Shown here piece after piece: positions 42,601-54,600 of a stretch of DNA of 64,000 nucleotides. The notes below the pieces were generated by a model. The model ran no database searches, had not been told where the DNA came from, and worked only from the letters and a program-made list of their open reading frames with translations. The DNA is from Ascidiella aspersa (taxonomy: Eukaryota): positions 30,752,001-30,816,000 of the forward strand of contig OZ004607.1 of NCBI GenBank assembly GCA_963924565.1, read 5' to 3'. Position 1 is the stretch's first letter. Every line of letters starts with the position of its first letter. The translations under genes were made by a program, and so were the position numbers.

Positions 42601-45600
42601 CACAGCGCATCCGCCAGCTGTCAGGGGACCAGCCGACTCATCATGCACCCCTAGCCGATACCCCTCCGACCAACAGAGCATCGGCGACGCCGACCCCCCT
42701 TAAAAAGAGCGGGTATTACCCTTGTTCGGGATTTATTACGTCATTGTGACGTCACCAGCTGAGGGGGGCATGCCAGTACGCTTTGTTGTTAGTCGCCGTA
42801 CCGGCGTCTTGATTTGTGTCCTTGACAACTGCACGTATATTTCCCGAATGCCGACACTGTTGACGTTTTTGAAGTATGCACTTGTTTTTTAGCGGATTTA
42901 TTGTTTGTTGTAGCGTCAAATGAACCTGGTCATTCCAAATTTTTCCGTTAAAATATTTTTGACGTGAAAACGATGAAATGGCAATGATTGCAGCAAAATC
43001 TAGCATTTAGGCAACTCCGGTCAAACCTCAATAAAAGGTAAAAAAAATAAACTAAAAAATGACGTTGAAACGATTTAAGATATTCGGAAAACAGATTTTG
43101 CTTCGTTTAACAATGAAACCAAACCTAGATCAAGTGTACAAACAAATTTGTTTGGTGACATTCAACACAAACTTTTCGGCAATTATCAACCGAGAAATAA
43201 TGTTATTTGCCAGACGTAAAAGATAATGAAATATTTAAGAAATTAGAACTATCGGTTTGTTGCTTTTATCGTTCATTTTTGCTTGAACGATAATATTAGG
43301 CCTAACTTTGGAGAAGACTTAAACCGTGCTGCACGACTTTGTATCAGGATACAACACGAATAAATATCGGATTTCGAACTTCAACAAAGTACTATTTTGT
43401 CGTTTGTTGACACACAAGCATGCACAGTACGTAACTCGTATTCAGTGAAGTATAGCCTCACCACTCACTGTCAGTTTAAAACCCCTGCAATGGGGCAATT
43501 TATACTTACTGCCTGACTTTGTCTGAGCAAGACTGATTTTTATATTTTTAGTGTATAAATCTGACAACTTAGTTCATTACAGTTCTGCTGTTCAATAATA
43601 AGTCACTGCACATAGGAATAACATCGTTACAGGAATTATTAGATTGGAAACAGTTTTATGCGAAACTCTCCTCTGCAGTAACCTAGTAATGTAAACATTA
43701 CACTTTTATTGCCTCTCTTTTTTAATCGTTTTAAGCAATATTTAAAAAAACGTTTATTCAAAAACTTGCACACGCGTGTGATATTCCTTGGTAGTATTAC
43801 GTGCCAAATAAAGACGTGTTAAGAAAATTTTGTTTTGTTTATGCATAAACTGTTTGTGCCAAGACCAAGGGCGGGTTCCGAATTTTGTTTGGGGAGGATG
43901 CATGAAATTAGGGATGACGTCACAAAGTTTGCATATTGCAGAAAAAACAGCATTTAAATATGAGTTTAACAACACATGTCATAACAAGCAGGGCGTCTTA
44001 CGCCTGTATAGATTTCTTAAGAACGGACAAAATGCTAGTAAAATGGGTCGCATTTTCGCGAGAGCGGAATTTTTTGTATTTACATAGTAAAAGTAGGCAA
44101 AACATAATGCTTGGTGGGGCATGGCCTGATGGCCCCATCCTGTGGTTTCGCAAATTGCCAGGACTTTTTTGTTTGCATAATGTTACCTATTGCATGTCTA
44201 CAACAAGATATAGTGTGCACTCTCCTTCTCCAAGAGTACAAACTTGCGTGACTGTACAGAAATGTGGTCAATTTTTTTGTTTTATATTCCAGCAACAAGA
44301 AAGGCATTCTCGGCGCTGTGGGTCTGCGAAGCAAGCAGCGGCCGATTGAGGAAGGTGGCTTGATTATTGCCAACGAAACTGCAATAGGTAGGCTATGCAT
44401 CATATGAATTGTATTTTTTTTATTTTATTTTTTATTTTTAGGAAATAAAAGTCTGGCATCGAATGATAATATTTAAATGTTGAGCGTTTCAAGCCGGCCA
44501 GCTAAAATACTGACAGTTAATAAAAATATTTCTTTTTTAATTGTTAAATCGTGCGCTCATTGAAATTTATCTCAAATTTTGAAATTCATAACAACTTGAT
44601 TCTTATGTTAACGTAATTAAAATATGAGAACAGTTTTAAACAGTATAGATATAAAAAACACAATCATCATAACTCTCGAACGCCTACGAACGCCGCGCGT
44701 AAAACTGTAAACAAACCTCCCAGCTGAATAAGCTCGTCAGCAAGCCTCTGGGGATTTCACGCCACTTGCACAGTAGTCGTCCACCACATCGGCTTAGCAC
44801 GCAGAATCCGCTGTATATCTGATCGTAATTGAATAATTAGCGCGATTGTTAACTGCTGAAAGTGAAAAGGCAATCTTTTGCGATTTCACTTGGCCTTCGC
44901 TTCGTTTCTCTTATATTGATATCACGTCTGTTCGGCATATTCGTAAAACTTGTCCAACCTGTAGCCTCAAAGCTAACTATCATCAATTAAAAGTTTAAGA
45001 AGAACGATAAAAAACATAAGTAGAGTTCGGTTTTAAAATTAGTTTAATCGAATGCCCATTGACGGTCTTTAATGGTGAATTGAAAAATGAGAATAATTGT
45101 CACAAATTAATTAAGTTCAGCCGCATTCATAATTAATATTTATTGATTCTCCTAACCTGAGTTTGGGGGCAGACTTTCCGACGTGCTTCACTTAAGAAGA
45201 AACAAATAACTTTTTACCAATCGCTTATAAGTAAAAATAATTTTAAAATAAACTGAAAATAATTTATATATACACGTTTTTATAGACTTCCCTAAAGGCC
45301 ACTGTTTGTGCTACGTAGAACGTTAGCTTCTTGTTTTAAAACGTCGCCCATAATCACCCCTAGAACTCGTATTTCCACCTTTAAGTTGGTGTAAAATTTA
45401 CACCGCGAAAGACCGATGGTTTTGGGAAAATTCCATACGTGTAATTTTTTGTCGATTTTTTATAGATGGACCCATCGGAATGGGCAACCGCGAGCCCCGC
45501 CTGCTTTTGGATGTACCTGACAACATCTCGGTTGCTTCGATGACCATCGTCGACCAACCAGTGACCAACAAAAGGTAAGCGGTCGGCAAGCATGGCGAAA

Positions 45601-48600
45601 CATAATCTTTATATCATATCCCCAAGTATTCTGTTTGGAAGGTGTGATTCAAAAGTATTTTAATTGAACAGGATTTTTTGTGAATGGTGAGATTTAGACA
45701 TTTAAATCATTGTCGGGTACTTCGTGTTGCAATCGAAAGGACCTTTAACTTATACCGATTCTTAGATTTAAGGAAGCGATGTTATTAGTTCCGATAAAAC
45801 CTATTTATTATTTTACTGTTCCTAACTGTCATATATTTCAAGTCTTTAAAGGGTCGGGTTAAATTCTTACAAGAGTATTGTCTGTTAATGGTAGCTTTTC
45901 GTCAAGGCAAAACCATTTTGAGAGCATACTGATTTTTATAATTTTAAGAAAAAGCATGCCAATTTGGCGTACAGTCTGACCCCGTATAACTTGTTTTGTT
46001 CAGCCTATAGCTTATAAACTCTGGTATTTTCAACGAATCGGGTTATGTCAATAATAGTTATTTATAAAATTGATGTATGTTCTTTGTTGAGTATTATGTA
46101 ATTCAGTTTGCGTATCCAGTATACGAAATCATTCCGTTCCCCCTTTTTTCAGTTTTTCGTACGAATTATTGTAACTTACCCTTTTGTGTTTCAGATCGAA
46201 ACCAGAGATCCGCTTCGAATCGGTGGCGCTAAAACCACAAGATTTCCAGGTGAGAAGCGAACCGTTGTGCCGCAATGTTTTGGCGTGGCACATTATTTTT
46301 TCCGGTAGCAGCTCGGTTTCCGACATTCTAGCACTTTGGCCGTGGCGCCCTTGGTAGTTATCTCTATGGCGTTGACTTTGATTGATGGTTTGTGTTGGAT
46401 TACTTTCGCTAACTTGAAAACGTCAAAATGGCCGACGGTGACCTTGGTTTTCTGTCCTTCAACATAAATTGGGTTTTAAGCAAACTTTCAAAGGGTTTTA
46501 AGCAAACTTCAACTCCAAACCTGTTGTATAAGGACTTATAAAGAAGTTATTCGTTATGGCTGTGCACTTTTATCCTGTGGAGTGTAGACCGAAACGTGAA
46601 TACGGGATATCAGCGTTTACCTATATGTTCCTCTTCCGTTGTATTTTGATACACAGGAGTGCGATTACTTCAGGGTAACAGAAGAAAAATGTAGCAACCC
46701 TTTCGGTCGTAAAGTGTTACAACCAGGAACACAAACAAACGCCGTTTGTCCCGGAAATCGTGTAAAATTCTTCACCGGGCGTACCGAGCAAAATGGCTTC
46801 GACCCTTTAACGTGCTTGAACCAATTTTTTGTGCTTAAAGAGGGATATACTGGTTCTTTAATAACCCCCAGTTTCCTATTGCAGTAAGTTTAGAGACAGG
46901 AAGTTTAGCGCCTATTACAATTATTTTATCAGATGTTTTTTTTATCAGACCTGAAGCGAATTTCAGCTTAAAACATATTGTAACACAGAATGATCTCGGT
47001 TGTTGTGGGCCGAACTTATGTTCCGCTGCTCCTATGTTGTTTTCCCTATGTTAAATTTAAATAGTGCGATTGCTTCAGGGAAATATAACTCTTTTGATAT
47101 AGTAAAGGAATAAAACCCAAAATTTATCCTGGAAACATACAATATTTTCACCAGCCGTACCCGACCAAAATGGCTTCGCCCTCGACTCATTATTCTGTTT
47201 AACCCAAATTGTTGTGCTTTAAGAAGCTATGGTTCTCAAATTACTAAAAGTTCACTATTGTGATAAGTTTAGAGACAGGAAGTTTTGCGCTTTTTACACT
47301 TATTCCACCAGGTGTTGACCTGAAGCGAATTTCAACTTTAAACATATTGTATTACAGAATGGTCTTGATGCTTAGCTCGTAGGTTTTTGTGGGCCAAACT
47401 TATTTTCCGCTGCCCCTATGATGTTTCCCCTATGTTGAATTTTATTGCACAACAGTGCGATTGATTCAGGGAATTAAGGGTCAGTAAACATATTCCAACT
47501 CTTTCGATAGTAAAGGGTTAAAATTTATCCTAAAAAAAAAATATATTCACCAGTATCGACCAAAATGGCCTCGACGCATTATCTTGCCTAAACCAAGCTG
47601 TTGTGCTTTAGGTCTCTGTGACGGTGGTGGAAGCTCGTCAGTTGAGCGGCACCAACATCGACCCAGTTGTGATGGTCCAGGTGGGCGACGACAAGAAGTT
47701 CACAACGCAGAAGGAGTCCACCAACTGCCCTTACTACAACGAGGTCTTCGTCTTCGACTACCATCTGCCACGCCAAGTGGTATTCGACAAAATCATGACT
47801 CTCTCGGTAAGACCCCTTGCCCTTAATGTAACTATGATACGCGGTGAGTACAAACATGCATTGGGAAAGTCCTGACAGTGGCTATAGGACCAAATCATTT
47901 AAAGAAGTGTTTCCCAACGTGGGGTAGCAAGAGATTGTCAGGAATGTCGTCGTGTACTGTTTGTCGAACAAAAAATTGAGACAAAAACGAAAAACAGATT
48001 AGTAGTGTAAGGAGTAAAATAATGCGCCGGTCTAGCAATTGTGTTAACGATATTTGCTTAAGTCAACCAGTCGTGCTTTTGAGTCACCTTTACACTTGTA
48101 TTTATTCAATCGAAGAAAAATGGGGATCGGGACGAAGGTATTTGTAAACTGGCAAGGAGGTCGCGACAACATAATGATTGGGAATCACTGATTTAAAGCA
48201 ATCGTCTAGAATTTTAGAGCTTAACTTCCGAAAAAAAGTGGAAGGTTGTTCAAGATTAAAAAAATCAAAATGAAGCACAACGTATTATGTTATTTTGAAA
48301 TATTCCCTTGTTAAAATGAGAGTTTGGTCAGTCTTAAAGGAAAATGTTTCCAAAAATGCCAGGCCCGTGTCCGTCTGCTGTAAAAAACGAGTGTACGATC
48401 CCAAAAGCAGGTCCCATAGTACCTATGCCCTTAAGATACCCCAGGGTCGTATCGTGCCCACGTGAAAAAGAACATGTTGACTTTCCAGCATTTCGTTATT
48501 TCACCCAATCCCTATTTGTATATTCGAATATACCGCATTTGCAATGTCATTGCCTAATTCTAGTCAGACGGAGCCCTATCTGATTTAATATCGTATAACA

Positions 48601-51600
48601 ACTTAAAAGTGTGATTGCCGATGTCTAAAAAGTACTAACTGTGCCTAAAGTCTAAAGCAGTGGTTCTCAACCGGGGGGGCGCGAACACTATGGAGTTGCT
48701 TAGCGGTCGTCAACACATACATTAAAGCTTATAAACGCCATACATTTCTTATAGGGTCATATATTTCCTTCAATATATATTTATCGCTGTATATTCCTTT
48801 AAATCCTCTTCCTATTTCCAAAACATTCGTGAAAATCCATTAGGTTTAACTGTGGATTTCTGGCAAAATAGTCTCGCGGCCGCAAAGTTATTAGGAGGCG
48901 CACCGTCGAACTATTTCCAAGCCCCAAGGTAATAGCACGACTGTTGCATCATTGATGAGACCCAAATGGAATGAGCGGGTTGGGTTGGAGCGACTCTGTC
49001 GCTAATAAAGAAAGCAACGGTAATTTACTTTTGCGACCCTATTGGCTTTTTGCTCGACATCCAAAAATGAAATATGCGAAATATTTCGAACGGTCATTAT
49101 AGTTCTTGCCTTCCCACTTGATTTCAAATATAATGGGAAAAAAATCCTGATTTTTTGCTATAATATTTGCCAAACAAGTTCAGTAATTACTCTATACTTT
49201 TCGCTTTCGTTGCGGGCTATGTAAGATAATTGTTTTTAGTCTCTGGTAAAACATCACTTGTAGAGCAAATGTTAACCTTGACATTATCTTGCATATTTTG
49301 CCTATATTCGGGTAACGATCGATTGAACGGTCAATAAAGTATGGATTCCCATGTTCACTTGACGTACATTGTGCTGTGACGAATTTCAATAAAGAATTTA
49401 AATCAAAGTATAAAACAAAATAAAAAATAAAAACCAAACACAACGGCCGTCGGTGTTTTATGCCGATCGAGAATTTGGATTAATCAGCACTATAAAAAGA
49501 CGACAAAGCATCAACTACCTTAGAGATAGCAACTAAACTCCCATTTAAATCTCGTATTCGATTAGGATTTCGGTTGCTTTCTCAGGAAATTCATAAAGTT
49601 TGCAAGAAAGGTAATTCTAGTGTCTCTTTAACTTAGTTTTTGAAATATTAAAACCTCCAGTAAAAACCGAAAAACATTTGAACACGCACGGTCCTATAAT
49701 TTCTCTTACCACTCCAACCAGAATATTTATACAGAGTAATGTACAAAACCTGTTAAATAATCTACCATCAGAAGAGTAAAACAAGAATGATATGATAGTT
49801 AATATATTTTATCAGTCAATGAAATGAAGATGCGCTAGCCCATTGATACTTTCTCATGAAGCTCGGTTTGAAAACTACAGCAAGGTCAATGCTGTAAAAA
49901 TAGAAGAAAATCCACAAATTAGACGTTTACTGGCTGTACGCACCTAACTAAAAACAGTAATTGTGTAGCCCGGAAAACAGCGGAAGCGCAGAAAAACGAC
50001 CTTTCGCAGCTGTACAGTAGTTTGTTAATTAGGTATTCGGGCGTCGCGTGACTCAAGTAGCTAAACACAATAAAGTAGCCTCCCGCAATTACCCCCTTCC
50101 CCTACCGTCGCGGCTCGTTCCGATGAAATCGAGGACACGGCGCGATACTGTAGCCAGTGGAACTTCGGGAGGTGACCGCAGAGCCATGAATGATGCAGAG
50201 GCTGACCTTTGTCGCCTTTCGCAACTTGTTTTTATTGTCCTCTTCCCCTGGCTTTCGATAAGCCGTCGCACAACGCCTTCGATTTACCAAAATAGGACAT
50301 GATCGTGCGCGTTGCGCGTGCCACAGCTGAATAGGTTTATTTGGCCGAATTTGCGCACAACGTTACTAGATGGTTTCTACTGTGTTATTATTTCTCTTGG
50401 TATTCTTAATCACATAATGATGTAATATTTGGCACTGTCAAGTTTCAAAAGTATGATCTCAACTTTTTCTGAGGGTCAAGTAAAAACCATATTAACCCGA
50501 GGGCCGTAATAGCCTATAGATTACTCAAAACTATAAAAGGTTAAGTAAAAACCTTGATACTTGGTTTGAATTTATCGCAAGATTTTCTTTTTAAGCATAC
50601 TTGAACATAACACTAAAAGTCAGATTTATAGTTTTTCTCTGTAAAAACTAAACAACCAGAAACCTCACGAAATTCAAATACATCAACATGAATTATGTTA
50701 AGAGCACGTTCTTGTGAAAAAAGTCTAAAAATGGCGTTTGAAAATTGCACTTGAGTGCTAGTCGTGCGAATTTCGTTACTCACTTTAGTGACAAACGAGA
50801 AACGAAAACCTTGTAATCCTTGAAGCCTCTTTCCTGCATCAAGAGCTCCGGATTGTGACAATTTTACTGATACTTTTATTCGACAGGTGATTCACTCCCG
50901 CAACATCCTGAGGAGCGGAACTCTGGTGGGAAAATTCAAGCTTGACCTTGGCACGATCTACGCAAACACCGACCACAACTTTGCCCACAAGTGGGCGGTG
51001 CTCACCGACCCAGACGACCTCAACACAGGACCCAAGGGCTACCTCAAGGTCAGTTGTCTGTTGTGTGAGGCCAAAAAAAAGCTTACCCAAAAAGGCAGAA
51101 TGTAGTGTACGTTTTATGGACAAGCTGAAAACAGTACATAACTTGAAGTTATAGACATTACTCTATTGTTGAAAAATAAGACTTTGATTTCTGCGTAGCG
51201 TTTTATGAACAAACTTTGGCTACCTCAAGGTCGGTTGTCTGTTTTATGAGGCCAGAAATAAAAGTTTGTCCTAAAAGGCGGAATTTAGTGCATGTGTGAT
51301 GGACACTGAACATTGACACTCTGATTCTTGTTAATTTTCTGACAGTAGTAGTCAACTGGAAATTGTAGACATTACTCTCGTGGTATACCTCTGTTAAAAA
51401 AGTCCTTGATTTCTCCGTAGCGTTTTATGAACTTTGTTTAACCGCATTCAAAACTTCTTAACGTTACAATGAAGTAATTTGGCATGGCAACTTCAAGGTA
51501 AATCGACGTTTTGTTACTAGCTTAACCTTGTATACCGATTAAATAAACATTGCCCCGGGTTTGGAAACCTGTTGAAATACATCGGTGGAAAAATTGTAAT

Positions 51601-54600
51601 TCGAATTGAAAGCGCTCGTTATTTTAGATTGTATACGGTATATCTTTGTCGGTATCTATTCAGAGGGTCTAAACGTTTTGCGTACTCTGAGAGTCAAGAT
51701 TTGTCATACTATACAACTTTATGGTAATTATCCCTAAGATGTTAGTTTCGGTTCTGGCTGATGCGAAACGCTTTTCTGCGGCGGGATAAGCACCTACTAC
51801 CACGAATAGGTTAAAGTTTGCTCGTATGCAGAACGGCCCGCAATGTAAATAATCTCTGCAAACAGCGCGGATTGAGCTGGTAGCTTTAAAAGGAGAACAA
51901 TACTTCCATAACTTTCCTACAGGCGTGTGTACAGTATGTCGTCGTGTACACTGGTTTCTGACATGCGATATAAATAAATGAAATATAAGTACGATATTTG
52001 GAGTGCGGCCTTCCGTGATTAAAAATATCCTATATTAGAGTGTACTGCTTTGGGTTTCTTTGGTTAAATCAAAACCAGTTACAATCGTTTGCTTTACGAC
52101 AGTGGTTCCCAACTTGTTTGACTTGCGGTATCCTACAGAATTTATAATTGGTTCGCGGCACCCTTACTCGTATTCTCGCAAAGTGATTTACTATAACGTC
52201 GCAAAAAACAAGATTTAAACAACACACATCACCGTATACAAGGTTGAAAAAACCTTCTTGATTTGTTTCAACTCTAATGGTACACGAAGTTGGACCGATA
52301 AGCTTGCTCATAGAGCAAAGATGGAATCAAATATAACTTAAATATCTCTTGGCAACCTTGGGGGTAAGAAACAGGCAGTGTTGTAATGACTTAAGTCAAT
52401 GACTTGACTTAAGTGCACTTAAGTCACTGTTTTCAAACGACTTGACTTGACTTAAGTCTTTCGGACAAATGACTTGACTTGATTTAAGTCATTTGGACAA
52501 ATGACTTGGGTTAAAATGAAGCGTTTTTTTTCAAGTATTTTTTATAAAATTGAGCTATTTATCCAAATTTTAGCACATAAAACAAATTGCTTGCTATATG
52601 TTGCATTTTTTCTTATTTTTTAGTTCAGTTATTGCTCATAATCATAGAAATTTAAAAATTTTAACAGTTTAAAATTTTATTTTTTAACCAAGGACATGAC
52701 TTGAAGTTGATTTGCTCTCATAATGACTTGACTGTGACTTGACTTGCGCAACTGATGACTTGGACTGGGACTTGACTTGTTATTTATTAAAAAACACTTG
52801 ACTTGGACTTCAGTTGTTTTACAAATGACTTGACTGGGACTTAAGTCAATTTAAAATGACTTGTTTACAACACTGGAAACAGGACCCCGACTGGGATACG
52901 CTGCTGTACGGCGTAAGTCGGCATATGCTCGTTACAATGATATTATTAACTTAGCATATTATTATTTCGTACTTGATTTTCATTCTTTAAAAAATTGTGC
53001 TAGGCTATGATTGGAGCGTGACACCTGAACAACTGTATAGTGAAAATTTAAACATTGATTACAAAATCTAAAAGTAGACTTCACATAATAAAAAATGTAC
53101 AACAAATTGCCCTGGCAGTTCAACTTTTAGCGGGCCGAATATAAAATTGTGTATTGACCTTGATTGACTTAACTATAAACACTGTAAACCAAGGTAAAAA
53201 AATATATATTCAGCTTAAAAAACGTCGTTTCGTTTAAAGTCTCATCAATATTTTTTAGTTTTGCATCTCACAAACATTTACGTTATTAAACAATTATTAA
53301 CCTTATTGTAGAAAAAGCGTTGTGGGCTGATCTATCTCGCGGGCCTTAGTTGATGTCTCTAAGTCATTATACAGATGAATTTTCCGATTGTAAGTTTGTA
53401 AAGAAACTCTTTCCAATTCTGTGATTGTTACCAAGACTTCGAAAGGTTGTCGGTGACGCTATTTGGCAGATGAATCGCGATTCGACAAGCCTTGCCACTT
53501 GCAGCAAGTCAGGAGTTGGTGGCGGTCCAAGAAACGGTGTTACGCAACTTTTTGACCGGGTAGCGACCTGGTGGGCAGACACGCACGTTGTGAACTGGAA
53601 AGGGTCCGAGTCAATTTCCCACCCGTGTCGTTAAACTTGCCCGGTCGCCCATGCATTTTTAATGGTGTTTGACAGTCTTCGCGGATTTCATGCTCCGTCG
53701 ATACGCGTCGTCCGAAAGAGGCAGCAGTTTTTGATTTTTTTTTGATCGCGGCCAGCGGTCTTCGTCAAGTTCAAAACGGCCGTGAACACTGACTGTGGCC
53801 TGCAAAACAGCTTTAAAATGGCAAAAAATATTTTTGAACCGACCGTGTTTGGATAAACAAAGCCCTAAACTCTCCGATTTGTCTGCCTATCTTACTCTAC
53901 CTTTTGAAATGTAGCTTACATCGTCTAATTAGATAAGCAATGGATCGGTTGAGCTGGATTTGGTCCACTATATTGCTTATAGCTACAAGTATTCTAACCG
54001 CTTTGTGTAGTTTCAATCTACACGTTTTGTCCACTTGCTTTACACTAAATTGCTTTACACTAAACACTAAAGTTCTCCAGTTGTAAGTGACGCGGTACCC
54101 TTTTCAACGTAAAAGATCTGTACTGTTTTAGGTTAAAACATAACTTCATTTTAAACAAGATCTAGTTTTAGTACCTAATTTGTACTATTACAAATTCATC
54201 GAGAAAATATTGCTGGACTAACTTTAGAAACTATGTTTTGTAACGGCACACTGTACAGGCTATTAAACTTGACTCTGGTGTTTCAACTTGATTTGTATTA
54301 GGTCGACGTAGCTGTGGTTGGAAAAGGCGACAACATCAAGATTTGCAAGTCAAGTGATGACGACGATGACGACATAGAAAAGTGGGTTTCAACATTAAAC
54401 CTAGATTGTCTAAAATCGTTTTGAAAGCCACCACTGTTAACATGCGCGTCGTGCACGGTGCAAACATTTGTTTGTCTCGAAAATATAGACGTTAGTTGGA
54501 CCGTTTATAAAAAGTTTTGGTTCGCACAATAACAATGTAGTTAGGTAGAGCTTAATTTTTAATGCTTGTGAAATTTTCGCACTCGTTTCGTGGGAAGTGT

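Noticed and set aside
43754-44403. ORFs of up to 137 aa
   Set aside because: Intronic or repeat-derived. Only 44293-44354 is coding, as an OTOF exon in another frame.
52376-52875. CRISPR-like array of GACTTGACTT repeats
   Set aside because: Spacing is irregular, the block is bounded by TIRs and a perfect TSD, the context is eukaryotic and there are no cas genes. These are MITE subterminal repeats.
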